Under the pieces are notes generated by a model. It worked only from the letters and a program-made list of their open reading frames with translations, was not told the DNA's origin and ran no database searches. DNA of 64,000 nt from NCBI GenBank assembly GCA_020137815.1, contig CM035353.1, positions 5,146,001-5,210,000 of the forward strand. The letters run 5' to 3'. The position numbers and the translations under genes are program-made. Source of the stretch: Hormiphora californensis. Lineage: Eukaryota; Animalia; Ctenophora. The stretch's first letter is position 1; each line of letters opens with the position of its first letter. Below are positions 1 to 14,321 of the stretch, one piece after another.

Positions 1-645
1 CAAGTTATGACACCACCCCCAAAACAGAAAATTCAGTGTGGCGATAGGTATATCACTGCGCTGGCAAGCGCAAAGGTGGCCCCATCCCCTCCCCCCTAAA
101 ACTTTTCCCGAAAAAGTGGGCCCGCTTGCCAACAGCGTAGATATAACAATTTTGAAGTTTTAGCCCATTTTGGCACTTTTCGACCCCTCCTAACTCCGGA
201 ACCAGATGAGCTAGGAGGCTGAAATTTGGTACTAAGAAGCTTCACATAGACCTCTACTGACGGTAAAAATTTCAAGTAGCTAGCTCATTCCGGTCGCAAG
301 TTATGACACCACCCCCAAAACAGAAAATTCAGTGTGGCGATAGGTATATCACTGCGCTGGCAAGCGCAAAGGTGGCCCCATCCCCTCCCCCCTAAAACTT
401 TTCCCGAAAAAGTGGGCCCGCTTGCCAACAGCGTAGATATAACAATTTTGAAGTTTTAGCCCATTTTGGCACTTTTCGACCCCTCCTAACTCCGGAACCA
501 GATGAGCTAGGAGGCTGAAATTTGGTACTAAGAAGCTTCACATAGACCTCTACTGACGGTAAAAATTTCAAGTAGCTAGCTCATTCCGGTCGCAAGTTAT
601 GACACCACCCCCAAAACAGAAAATTCAGTGTGGCGATAGGTATAT
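1..645 (+). repeat. 296-bp tandem repeat (2.2 copies visible, runs off window start) built from the left end of a Helentron/HINE-like element
   Basis: caagttatgacacc recurs at 1, 297 and 593 with identical units. Each unit contains actgcgctggcaagcgcaaagg, which is also the left end of the element at 51002. Confidence 0.9.
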
Positions 646-1525
646 AGATAGATACATATATATATATATATATATAGATACATATATATATATATAGATA
701 GATATAGACGCTTCACTGTGTAACACTTGTAGCCCGAACCATACTAGCTAGAGACTTGAACCAAGTTTTATCCGTTAGGAAATCGTTCGGGGCATGCATT
801 AGTTAAGGTTTCAAGTGAAAATGTCCACTATGACGGGCGTAATGACGTCACAAAGTGACCAAATATTTTCAAACGCCTCTAGCACCCTCAAGACATTTTC
901 CAATTCCTGATTTGACGCAAAATCGTTGGTGGGAAATTGTCTGAACTTTCAGATACTATATTGCAAATTTTTCTAACTTGTCATTTTCAGACCTTAAAAC
1001 GCGTCGGAACTCAAAAATTTGATGTGAAAATCCACAGAAAAACTCACATTTCGTGCAATAACTTCAGTTCTTAACTACCATGGCCTTTAAAACTTTTCAC
1101 ACGTTTAGTGCTTCATTGGCCGAATAGTCTGTCATAATTTTTTTACGTCGTCGTGACGTCACGTGTGACGTCACGACGTCAAAACGACGTCGAATTTTAA
1201 AAATTTCGTCAAATCAGTTTCATACAACCCAGGTACATTTGAATTACATTTGATGCACTTTAGTTGACAAATAGCTCATAAATGACCTCAAACGACCAAA
1301 AAAGATTACAAATTTAGAGCAAAAACTAATTGAAATTAGTTTGCCAGAAAGGTGGCCCATTTTGAACTTACTCCTTCATTTCCGCCACCTTTGAGTTGAA
1401 GGCGGAAAAGTTTAAGGATACCTCAATGTCTTTGAAGTCTCAACTCAAAGGTGACGGAAATGAAGGAGTAAGTTCAAAATGGGCCACCTTTCTGGCGAAC
1501 TAATTTCAATTAGTTTTTGCTCTAA

Positions 1526-1568
<43 letters not shown>

Positions 1569-2424
1569 TAGACGCTTCACTGTGTAACACTTGTAGCTCG
1601 AACCATACTAGCTAGAGACTTGAACCAAGTTTTATCCGTTAGGAAATCGTTCGGGGCATGCATTAGTTAAGATTTCAAGTGAAAATGTCCACTATGACGG
1701 GCGTAATGACGTCACAAAGTGACGTCATTGAAAAATCTCAGACCAAATATTTTCAAACGCCTCTAGCACCCTCAAGACATTTTCCAATTCCTGATTTGAC
1801 GCAAAATCGTCAGTGGCAAATTGTCTGAACTTTCAGATACTATATCACAAATTTTTCTAACTTGTCATTTTCAGACCTTAAAACGCGTCGGAACTCAAAA
1901 ATTTGATGTGAAAATCCACATACAAACTCACAATTCGTGCAATAACTTCAGTTCTTGACTACCATGGCCTTTAAAACTTTTCACACGTTTAGTGCTTCAT
2001 TGGCCGAATAGTCTGTCATAATTTTTTACGTCATCGCGACGTCACGTGTGACGTCACGACGTCAAAACGACGTCGAATTTTAAAAATTTCGTCAAATCAG
2101 TTTCCTACAACCCAGGATACATTTGAATTACATTTGAACACTTTAGTTGACAATTAGCTTAGTTGTTTGAGGTCATAAATGACCTCAAACGACCAAAAAA
2201 GAATACAAATTTAGAGCAAAAACTAATTGAAATTAGTTCGCCAGAAAGGTGGCCCATTTTGAACTTACTCCTTCATTTCCGTCACCTTTGAGTTGAAGGC
2301 GGAAAAGTTTACGGATACCTCAATGTCTTTGAAGCCTCAACTCAAAGGTGACGGAAATGAAGGAGTAAGTTCAAAATGGGCCACCTTTCTGGCGAACTAA
2401 TTTCAATTAGTTTTTGCTCTAAAT
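646..2424 (+). mobile_element. Two tandem ~870-bp units: (ATAG/AT)n microsatellite + body + terminal ~216-bp palindrome (HINE/DINE-1-like architecture)
   Basis: gatatagacgcttcactgtg at ~701 and ~1565, each after an (ATAG)n/(AT)n tract. Near-perfect palindromes at 1312-1527 and 2209-2424. Confidence 0.75.
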
Positions 2425-2849
2425 ATGCTTATACATTATTCTGATTGAGATCGGAGCAAGAATTAAATAGAGAAGAAAATCGAAAATTTGGGTTTGACCG
2501 GGAATTGAACCAGCTGGGACCTTCTCTGAGGATCCTTGTGGAAACTCCATCTACCAGAATCTGGTAGATCTGGTAACCAGGTTAGGGACCACTTGAACTG
2601 CTTGCTGCCCAAAGGAACCCATCCACGCTGTGTTGACCTTGTTGGCAACGTGTGTGTGCGGTTCCAGATGAATATGCGACAAGGGTAGATTTTTTTTCTT
2701 TTTTCTATAACCACCCCTTCCCGGGCCATTCACTCACTATTTTCATAAGTTTACCGACCGAATTGCTTTTGGGATAGCTTCTCGTGGGTTTATTCCAGGC
2801 ACCCTCTAGAAGAAGAAGAATGTTTAGTTTTTGGTTTGAAGGGTGTTTC

Positions 2850-3120
2850 TGTATATTCAGAGTTGTCCATATGATAATAATAAGGTCGCCCTCACGAGAC
2901 ATAAACTTGTGGATTTAACAATTGCGGTGGTGATATATTATAATCCAACAAGTGTGACAAAGCCTATAACATATCCATTCGATCTTTATCCTTCTACAGC
3001 TACACCCCCATGAGAGCTGCAAATTCGGCAATATGAAACTTGTATCCGCTTAAAATGTATGCCGGGTTAGCGAGAGATCCTTCGCATAATCTCTCTCTGC
3101 ATCTAACAAGAGAAATTACT
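2850..3120 (+). repeat. Diverged dispersed duplicate of 6435-6730 (possibly a decayed exon-bearing segment)
   Basis: Shared blocks ttcagagttgtccat, acaaagcctataacatatcc, acagctacacccccatgaga and gctgcaaattcggcaatatgaa at both loci. Confidence 0.7.
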
Positions 3121-3279
3121 TAATTGAGACTTGGTAGAACATCTTAATCTTAGAAGACTCCGTCCCTAAAATCAATTGGACCATTGGGGATGGTATATAA
3201 GTGATGAAACATCTCCGTTATGAACCGTGTCCGTTATGAAATTGGTTGAGTTTCAATGTGACATCAAGAAAACTAGTTA

Positions 3280-4131
3280 CAGTCGGACCCCGATTTAGTG
3301 GCATCCTCGGGGGAAAGAAATCCTGCCACTAAATTGGGGTGCCACTAAATCGAGGTGAGCCATATTTGGCCCATAAAAATCTATTTTAAGCCCAAAATGC
3401 CATACTAAGACTAAAGACACCCCTAACTGTTATATGCAATATTCATTTATTGATTACATGATCATTTCTGATTAGAAATAGAAAACTATCAAATAAATTT
3501 TTCAAAAAAATTGTGAAAAATTTTCTAAGTTATACCAGCCCGTCCGATGTGTTTCGAATCGGTGCAGCTTCCTGGATGTCCTGTCTAATTAGCGGGTTCG
3601 AAACGAACTGATACGTGATACCATGCCAAATCGGGGCACCCTAAGCGGGTGAGGAAGTATCAACATTTCAAAATAACTTTTTCTCTCAAAATTTATGGGG
3701 AGCACCGATCAAAGCATTGACAATCGTACTGTAAAATTTTGCAAAAAAAGTTTGCAAAAAATTTTTTAAAGGTATACCCGCCACATGACATCCGAATCGT
3801 GTTTCGAATCGGTGCATCTTATCGCATGTCCTGCTGCTAATTAGACGGTTCGGAACGAATCGAAACGTGATCCCCATCGAATCGAAATTTTGACGCTTGG
3901 TGAACTTATATTCAATGGCCCCATGGGGATCACGTATCGGTTCGTTCCGAACCGTCTAATTAGCAGCAGGACATGCGATAAGATTCACTGATTCGAAACA
4001 CGATTCGGAATTTTTGAAAAATTTTCAAAAAAATTTCACAAAAAAAATCAAAAAAATTTTTGGGGGAAAAAAATCATGCCACTAAATCGGGGTGCCACTA
4101 AATCGGGGGCCACTAAATCGGGGTCCGACTG
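3280..4131. mobile_element. Tc1/mariner/pogo-type MITE, family CAGTCGGACCCCGATTTA
   Basis: TIR cagtcggaccccgatttagtggc ... gccactaaatcggggtccgactg, flanked by TA (3278-79, 4132-33). Subterminal repeats; non-coding. Confidence 0.9.
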
Positions 4132-4538
4132 TAGTTGATCAACTAAACTAAAACTGTTTGAAAACAAAATAAGCAATTTGCAAGACTTTGAAACAAATAC
4201 TGCTAATCTAAAAACGAAACTCAGCTCCTCACAGTTCCTCAACAGTCCGTCATACACATTTTTATATAGAATTTTATATTTTTATATTTTTATATTATTT
4301 TTATTTTTATATTTTTATATTTTTATATATATATTTACCACCTGCATTAGTGATCCGGCTGCTAATTGTCTTCTGAACTTTCCTCTGTCGCACTCTCCAC
4401 TAATTCATCTTTCTCCCCCACATTCCAGGAGGCTGAGGAATCTCCCCCATCCCCACTATCTCATCCATCTCAAACCGTTTTTCCATTTCCAACTGGTAAC
4501 TACCGTAATGCAGGTCGACCAGGGGCTGCAAGATCTCC

Positions 4539-5762
4539 TTATCGTATGTTACAGACTTGCAATCCAGTAGACACTCTGTCCTCCACCTGCATAGCCAGAC
4601 AATAATTCTCTGTGTCCTCGTTGTACACCCGTCCAGTGGTGATGTCAGTGCAACAACACCAGTAGTTATGATCCGGTGTTCGCTGCGCATGGATCTTGAG
4701 CTGGACCCAGTAGTAATACTGATTACCGGGATATGGGAGGCACTGTATCTCGTAGAGGGGTAAAAATGGTTTTCGCCCCATGTTTGCATCTATCTTCATG
4801 CGGCTTTCCAGCCATTCACTCACTAAAGTGCAATTGCTGCCCAGCTTCCTTGGCCATGTGTAGCATTTTCCAAAGTCAAACTGATCCAAAACCGCAGAGC
4901 CAGTGGTTTCGATTCTAAAGTATGCTGCCTTACCGCCATTCCTTTTAGAATTTATTGGACTCAATCTTTCCACTTTGTTTCCACCCTTTCCACTCCTAGT
5001 GATGTTTTTGCTGACATGTCGAAAGCCATATTGGAGAGGTTGTGCGTTGTACACAAACCACATGATTTGAGGCTGTTCGACTTTGAACCACAAATCAAAT
5101 GTACCCCCTGCTTTGCATGGCGTTTCCAATGTCCCATTCTGGTATTCGACTATGTGGTCCGTTTTACTTTTCCTTTCTGTGGGAGGAGAGAGAGTTAGAG
5201 TGTGTTGTCCGGCACTCACTATAACATCGGGCCGTTGCGGAGAGGCCAACAGTAATTCATATGAGACAACCTAAAACCTACATATAAAAAGAGTTTGTAC
5301 CTGTTATGTATGAAGTAAAGGTATTGCTGTCACAAAACACTGTTGTCGAATAGATCAGGTTGTTTTCGGCCGTGTAATATCCAGCTGAAGAAAGGTGCAG
5401 TTAGCAGTAGTTGACGTTGGTATTTAAATTGGAACAAAACTGTGTAGGTAAGGCCAAGGGAGCGAGTGAACGCCAACTAAGGGTCGAACTGCTCCGAATT
5501 TTCTAATAAATCTACGTCAAAATGCTGAAGGAACGACTATGACGACGTCCAATTCTACTTTAAAACATAATTTGACGTGCTGTTGACCGTTGACTTTATG
5601 CAAACTCAAAACTGGCTTACCTGTGATTGTAGTTCCATCTCCCGCCTTAAAGTTTTCAGAAAAGGACCCAAAGGTGACATAATTTAAATGACTCGACCTC
5701 CAGTATCCTCTCCCTCCAGGTAACACATCACTTGGATCGTGTGGAAGGGTGAACTCGTAAGA
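4539..5762 (-). CDS. Uncharacterised spliced gene (Cys/aromatic-rich, possibly extracellular); exons ~5762-5621, 5384-~5301/5341, 5270-4539
   Basis: Stop-free ORF of ~243 codons starting at an acceptor (ttttag|GTT, 5270). Upstream open exons have canonical ttcag acceptors and a CAG|GTAAG donor (5620). Phase of the middle exon's donor and the start codon are unresolved. Confidence 0.6.
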
Positions 5763-5823
5763 CTGAAAATAAAATCGAAAAATAGAAAATAAAATCAAAG
5801 CAACAACATTTAGGCGGTATACA

Positions 5824-5950
5824 CAGTCGGACCCCGATTTACCGGGAGGATAAACTTCCCCCGATAATCGAAGTGAATGATATTTGATGCACCCCGATTT
5901 ACTGGCAAAACCCTTTCACACGAGTATCCCTGTAAATTGGGGTCCAACTG
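5824..5950. mobile_element. Short degenerate member of the CAGTCGGACCCCG MITE family
   Basis: cagtcggaccccgatttac ... gtaaattggggtccaactg, followed by TA. Confidence 0.75.
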
Positions 5951-6739
5951 TATGTATGCGTTTCCCTGTCATTCGGCGCTGCGCTATCTATACCGTAACG
6001 TCATCAAGCACGTCTTCAACATCACAAAGTAGTCCCTGTCCCGTAGTAACTACAAGTAGAACAATAACCAAACGCTCCACTGGGCGTAGCATCGTAGATG
6101 AATTCTGCGAAATATCTCACAGAATCGGGCTACTCTGTAGCTTTGCTCTATTTAGATGATAGAAATATTAGCAAATTATCTGGTAAAAATTTATTGAACG
6201 ATGCATAGAAGTTCTATGGTCACCAGTCATATTAGAACATTCAACAACAAATTGACCTCTAGATTGTGCGATTTTGCTACAATGGAGGATAATAATGATC
6301 TCAACATAGATTATCGGGTCGCCCTATATTCGAATAGGATCCTAGCCTCTTGAAAGTGAGGCAACGTAGCTATCAAAGGTCACGCCAGTTTGGTGGACGA
6401 ATAACCAGGGCTACAAAAGGATCTTTCCCTGAATTGTATGTTCAGAGTTGTCCATAGATATAAATAAGGCTCCCTCATGAGACATTCAAACATGTACCGA
6501 GCGGTGGTGATATATATAACCCAAAAAGTGTTACAAAGCCTATAACATATCCTTTTGATTTTATTCTTTTACAGCTACACCCCCATGAGATCGAGAGCCT
6601 AGCTGCAAATTCGGCAATATGAATATTTTTATCCGCATAAAATATATATGGTAAGCAAGTTATCCTCCGAACTTCGATATACATACTGAGCTCCAATCAT
6701 CTATCTGCATCTAACAAGAAAAATCACTGCAAAGACTTG

Positions 6740-6843
6740 TCCTACACTGACTGTACACCGCGCGGCCTCGCGTAGCCGCACCGTAGCGTAGCCGCACCGG
6801 GCCTTCGGCCCGGTGCGGAGAGGAGGGTCTCATATGAGACAAG
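6740..6843 (-). mobile_element. Internally deleted copy of the Helentron/HINE-like element at 49773-50130
   Basis: gcaccgggccttcggcccggtgc hairpin plus gaggagggtctc subterminal motif; reverse complement of the ends of 49773-50130. Confidence 0.6.
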
Positions 6844-6890
6844 CAAAGACCTGGTAAAACCAGACTCGTTAGAAATCCCATTGCCAGGTG

Positions 6891-7196
6891 GGTGGGCGGA
6901 CTCTAGTGCTAACGGACTCTTTATCTAAACTCAAGGCGGACTCTATATCTAAAACCGGACTCTTTATCTACAGTTAGACTTTGAAAAAAGTTTAGATAAA
7001 GAGTCCGCCCAGTTTAGACTTTTTAGATATAGAGTCCGCTCTTTGTAGACTTTTTAGATAAAGAGTCCGCCCTGTTTAGACTTTTTAGAGATAGAGTCCT
7101 CCTAGAGTTTAGACTTATTTGGACTCTTTATCTAAATCTAAATTTAGATATAGAGTCCACTGTAGACTTAGAGTGTAGCACTAGAGTCCGCCCACC
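6891..7196. mobile_element. MITE with GG termini and 9-bp TSD (MULE- or Merlin-type)
   Basis: TIR ggtgggcggactctagtgcta ... tagcactagagtccgcccacc; TSD tgccaggtg at 6882-6890 and 7197-7205. Confidence 0.9.
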
Positions 7197-7493
7197 TGCC
7201 AGGTGTCTATGTCACCAATTGGACAAAGTCATTAGAGTAATCCTGCCTCAAGTCCTTTGGTATAAAAACTTATTTTGTTATTGGACCATGCCAGGATTTT
7301 GAGTTGCACATTGGGCGTCCTGGTGGGTTTGGTGTGAAGGTTTGTTTTGTGCTGTTAGGTGACTGCTTTGACCAGTGACTGCGAGAATAGGGTCAGGCTA
7401 ATGCTCTGACAGGTGCTGCTGCACTGCAGCTATGAGCCAACTGGGCCGTGTGGGCTGGGAAGTTGCTCCATGTGTGAGCTCGCAGCATGAGCA

Positions 7494-8935
<1,442 letters not shown>

Positions 8936-9150
8936 TGTGCCTCCTCTTTATCTCGATTACCACCGAGTTTTTTGCGGACGCGGTTTTGTATTATTTACGC
9001 TGCGAATAGCTACCGCGCGCGCGGCTTAGGGTTAAATTTTATTTCGTTTTTAAAGATTTTTTGCGACGCGAGATCCAGATTTTAAATCTTCAGATTTCAA
9101 ATTTATCGGCATTCGGCAAAATGCAAGGGCGTCAGGCGAGGGGAATACAG

Positions 9151-10496
9151 CAGGAAACGACCGAACCGGGTTTTTTTCCACCGAACCGAACCGAACCGAA
9201 TTTGAAAAACTTTTTTACCGAACCGAACCGAACCGAACCGAACCGAATTTCGGTAACCGAACCGAACCGAACCATACAAAACTTTTTCTGTATAAATGTT
9301 TTTCTAAAAAGTCATGGAGAGCACCGATCAAGGTATTGAGAATCATTCTCTGAAATTTTGTTAAAAAATGTTTGAAAAATTTCAAAGTCAATTTTGTGAA
9401 AAAATTTTCAAAGTCAATTTTATCGTAAATTTTCTATGTCAATTTTTGCGTACGAATCGTGTTTCGAATCGGCAATGCTATACGGGAATGGTATTGCTAA
9501 TTAGCAGGATTAAACGAACCATGAATCGTGTCTCTCTAAATTTCCTAATTGGATTTGATGGGGGATCACGTATCAGCACAATCCATCTCGGACCCACTAA
9601 TTACCAACATCACTCCCGTTTAGCATTGTCGATTAGAAACACGATTCGTATACCATAATTTACTTAAAATATTTTTCACAAAAAAATTTCACAAAATTTC
9701 AGGTAATGATTCTCAATACCTTGATCGATGCTCTCCATGAATTTTTAGAGAAACATTTAATTTTGTGAAAAAACTTTGTAAAATATTTCAAAGTCAATTT
9801 CGGAAAAAAAATCTATGTCAATTTTGCCGTACGAATCGTGTTGCGAATCGGTGATGCTATGCGGCAGTGCTCTCGCTAATTAGCAGGATTTATTGAAACA
9901 TGAATCGTTTCCCCTAAACTTCCTAATTAGATTTGATGGGGGATCACGTATCAGCATAATCCATCTCGGACCCACTAATTAGCAACATCACTCCCGCTTA
10001 GCAATACCGATTCGAAACACGATTCGTACGCAAAAATTGACATAGAAATTTTCCATAAAATTGACTTTGAAATATTTTCCAAACTTTTTTACAAAATTTC
10101 AGAGAATGATTCTTAACACCTTGATCGGTGCTATCCATGAATTTTTTGAAAAAAAAGTTTCTGAATTTGTTGACCCTCTCATGAGGACACGATTCGACGG
10201 GAAGTCAGGTATCAAATCAATCCATATCGAACCCGCTAACTAGCGAAATCATTTCCACATAGCACCACCGATTTGAAATAGGGTTAATACGGCGAAATTG
10301 ACATTGAAATCCATACAATTTTCGTGAAATAATTGAAAAATTTTGCATGAAAAAGCCCAATTTCTGGGCATTTTTTGACCAAAAAATTCGGTGGTTCGGC
10401 CAAAATTTCCTACCGAACCGAACCGAACCGAACCGCCCAAAAAACACCGAATTTCCGAACCGAACCGAACCGAACCGAATATTCGGTCGCTTCCTG
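9151..10496. mobile_element. hAT-type MITE with (AACCG)n subterminal repeats
   Basis: TIR caggaaacgaccgaa ... ttcggtcgcttcctg; 8-bp TSD gaatacag at 9143-9150 and 10497-10504. Confidence 0.9.
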
Positions 10497-10634
10497 GAAT
10501 ACAGGATAATCTTGAGAGTTTCGTTATGATATCCATCGGCATTAATTAGTCAGTCTGTATTCGTACACACATATTATTTCAAGTGTTCCAGGGGGTGAAC
10601 CTGGACATCATGAAGCCGGAAGGCAGAAAAGGTA

Positions 10635-10930
10635 GTGGAGAGTGTGGCTGAGGCTCTGATTAATGCACGGTCTGAGGAAAAATGCCAGGAACTGTTTGAA
10701 GCTCTACCCAGGAACCTGACTGGGTACCCTGCGGACACCATGAAGACGAAGCGGCTAGATGCACTGGAAAATTATGAGGTGGAAAGTGGAGTTCGGGTGC
10801 GTGAGCATGCTTGGGTACCATAAATTCTCGAGGATATATTATGAGGTGGTCGACAATATCTTGGGGAATATGTCAACACGTTTCTCCTCACTGCCAAAAC
10901 TTCGGTTCTTCTCCCTCCTCAAAAAGGACT
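10635..10930 (+). pseudogene. Fragment resembling the C-terminal half of a hAT transposase
   Basis: Frameshifted peptide ...FSRIYYEVVDNILGNMSTRFSSLPKLRFFSLL, similar by eye to the hAT segment before the dimerisation domain. Confidence 0.4.
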
Positions 10931-10939
10931 CTCCCCTGG

Positions 10940-12112
10940 ATCAAATCAGTCGGGCAAGAGGAATGTTGAACTTCTCAAGTCTCAACGGGAAGCAGTCCAT
11001 GGCTCTCTACTATGACGGGCAACGCAACAAAGTAGACAGCTATGAGGAGGGTGCCTTTAAAAGCTCCATGGAGGACAACTGTTGTTTTCTTTGATGATAA
11101 GGAGGCGGAACAGGAGTACAGAATGTCTCCTGACGGTACCGGGGCAGCTGTTTCGTCAACTGTTGTGGACTACTGCAAGGATCATGGAGTCCACACTGAC
11201 AAGGTGGTAGTCATCGTCAACTCCACAACTGCTAACACGGGGTACGGGGATGGCTCAATGGCCCGTATGCAGAGTCTCCTGGGTCGGACCCTTCTATGGA
11301 ATGTCTGCCTGCTCCACCACGTCGAGCTCCCCATGAAACACCTGTTTGTGAAGCTTGGCATCTTAACCAAGTCTAACAGCACGCGGTGAGGGCCTGAAAA
11401 CGATCCTACGTGGCCCACTATCGGCGAAGATCTAGGTACGAATGTGTGGGAGAGGCCCATCGCCAAGTACCAGCCAATAGACTGTTATATCGAGGAGTTG
11501 AACGCTGGTCGCTGAACAACTGGGGAGATTGAGCAATGACGCCCACTACACCTATCTTATATGTTCGGCAGTTACTAAAGGTAAGAAGAGCTCTAAAAAT
11601 TAGAATTCAACATGTTACCCCCTCTCAGCACTGTTGACTGGCTCCCTAAACTTACCTTATTTCCAGATCCAACAGAGTTCCCAGATAAGCTGATCAGTAG
11701 GAGGATAGGTAAAATGGATAACTCGCGTTGGTACACAACAGCCGCCCGTCTCATCCGATAGTACATTTCCACTGAAGCTCCTGGTCACCATGTCTTGAAC
11801 AAACTGGCTAACTTCGTTGTTTGAGTCTACTTCAAGGTACATGCTAGAAATTAGGGGAGAAGGGATTGTTTAAATTTCAAGAATTAAGAAAGTAATTATG
11901 TACTTATTTATTATATTTATTATCAGAAATAAGCAATACAACTATAACAGGTTTTGACAGCGATACGAAGGAGTCCAACCATCGAGAAAGGAGCCTGCCA
12001 TCTGCTCTACGAACTGAAATGTGCTCAGGAGGCAGACTATGATGATGAGAAAACTGTAGTGCTGGGCAACATCAAGTACAACAGTTATTACTGCCATCCT
12101 CACATGATGAAG
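10940..12112 (+). pseudogene. Decayed, intron-containing DDE transposase (hAT-related, hATm-like)
   Basis: Motifs in the expected order across frameshifts and stops: LYYDG; NSTTANTGYGDG...LLWNVCLLHHVELPMKHLF; SRWYTTAARLIR; NSYYCHP. gtaag donors at 11581 and 12113. Confidence 0.6.
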
Positions 12113-12283
12113 GTAAGCATGGAATTGACAGCCTTTTGCGAAGTTTCAGTTGTGTGTGCCAAACAAAGGCCGCGAAGCAGAGGTGTCTTCGATACCGACG
12201 ATACAGCCACATGTATTTGTTATAATGTTATAATGTTCTAATTTTCTGAATACATGCACCTATAAATCCCGCCCGGGATCAAG

Positions 12284-12424
12284 TAGTGGAAGCTCTTACG
12301 GTTTTTCCCATGCGTGCGGTGCTTGCGTGGCTCAAATCCTGAGCTGTGATTGACTCAAATTTCGAGCGCACGAAATTCCAGCCAATCAGAGCGCGCATGG
12401 GAAAAACTGTAAGAGCTTCCACTA
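12284..12424. mobile_element. Small palindromic MITE
   Basis: tagtggaagctcttacggtttttcccatgcg ... cgcatgggaaaaactgtaagagcttccacta. Confidence 0.75.
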
Positions 12425-12683
12425 ATGTGCATCTAAAACTTCTACTATCATTATTTGGATCAATCTATATACCTCAGCAGTCAGCGCTCAGACCGAAAGT
12501 AGTAGAGTGGCCAGCTCATGCCTCATATATAATGGGCCTGGCAGGGTACTCAAAACAGCCATTATTACTTAACTCTAGCATGTGCAGCTAGGGAAGGTCA
12601 CCGGGGTAGCCAGACAAAATAACAGGGGAATAAATAAAGCTTGCTAGTGAATTTCCTCAGTCCCCCTGTTTTGCTATCAACTA

Positions 12684-13643
12684 CCGTGTGGGCCAATAAA
12701 AAGGGAGGGTCTTAAATCTTAGATTTCTCGGGCATCTTAATTCCAATGGTTCTGAAATTTTGACACAATGTTGTTGAGCTTATGCCAGATATGTGTACAG
12801 AGTTTCAAGTCCAAAAATGCAGAAATTCATTAATGAACCGAAATTCCTTTTTTTATTGTTAATTGGAGGTTTTCCCTTGTTCCAAGTCGATTTGGATCGC
12901 AAAATTGCAGCCACTCAATAGTATTAACATTTATCAATGGCAATCTGAAATTTCATTGAAAATGAATAAAGTTTAGTGGGTGAAATTAATGAATTAAAAA
13001 TGATCATTTTTTCAAAAAACATATTTTCGCTGAAAATGAGAAATTTGTACTGTAGAGATGAAATCAAAACCTAGCTGGGTTATGCTTTAATCATTTAAGT
13101 TCATTTTGGTATGAAAAACTGTTTAATTTAAAAAAATTAATTTTTTTAAATTTTAAATTTTTCGTTAATAACTGCATAAATTAACATTTAACCGATAGTT
13201 CATTAACAAACCGTTAGTTGAGACATTAGTAAATCGAAACCTTGCTAATGGAAGCTTACCAATGCCTATACTGATTGGTAACAACAAGCGTCATGTGACC
13301 TCCATGTAAGCAAGAAAAAACGTAATCAGGATGTGACAAAATCATGTTAGCAAGATTACAATATGTCTCGAATTTCCTTTGTTGTACCCAGTATCACATA
13401 TCCGGCGTGGAGTGCAAAAGAGGTCCCTAAAAAACGGGAAAAAAAACGAATAGACCAAACCTACATTGGCTTAAAATCATGAATTTAGGTTCATTAATGA
13501 ATTTTTGCATTTTTGGACTTGAAACTCTGTACACATATCTGGCATAAGCTCATGAACATTGTGTCAAAATTTCAGAACCATTGGAATTAAGGTGCCGGAG
13601 AAATCTAAGATTTAAGACCCTCCCTTTTTATTGGCCCACGCGG
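12684..13643. mobile_element. Non-autonomous DNA transposon, ~155-bp TIRs, TA TSD
   Basis: ccgtgtgggccaataaaaagggaggg ... ccctcccttttattggcccacgcgg, with TA on both sides. Confidence 0.88.
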
Positions 13644-13649
13644 TATGAA

Positions 13650-13706
13650 TTATTTTATCTTATTATCTTATTATCTTATTATCTTATTATCTTATTATCT
13701 TATTAT
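13650..13706 (+). repeat. (TCTTATTA)n minisatellite
   Basis: About 6 copies of the 8-mer. Confidence 0.9.
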
Positions 13707-14003
13707 ATATATTTCTTGTTGGGGTAACGTCCAGTTGTTATAGAGGTGGGTCGCTGTCACAAACGGAAGGTCCTGCAGGGGATCTCTCGGGGGATCTCTC
13801 GGGGGCCTGGGCCTTCAATTCAGGGCTGAAAAAGAATAAAAAATTCTTTAATGGATTACTATTCAAAATGTATTACTATGTACCTGAAACGTAATACTTA
13901 TTGACCCCTCTCATTGTTATACTGAAGCTATTAAACTCACCACACACTGACCCTATGCCCGTATTCCTCACATTTCCAAGATTTAATTTCTTGGTCCGAT
14001 TTC

Positions 14004-14321
14004 GGTAGTATGGCATACTGCCTACGGAACGTTTGAGGACACATTACGGACACATTGAGGACAGGTTGTGGACAGGTTGAGGACACATTGTGGACAGGTT
14101 GTGGACACATTGAGGACCTGTCCTCAATGTGTCCACGATTGATGTGCAATCGTTACTCAATGTGTCCTCAATGTGTCCTCAATGTGTCCTCAACCTGTCC
14201 ACAACCTGTCCACAATGTGTCCTCAACCTGTCCTCAACCTGTCCACAACCTGTCCTCAATGTGTCCTCAATGTGCCCGTAATGTGTCCTCAAACGTTCCG
14301 TAGGCAGTATGTCATACTACC
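14004..14321. mobile_element. Palindromic MITE with internal 11-bp repeats, GG termini, 8-bp TSD (Merlin-like)
   Basis: TIR ggtagtatggcatactgcctacggaacgtttgagg; TSD ccgatttc at 13996-14003 and 14322-14329. Confidence 0.85.
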
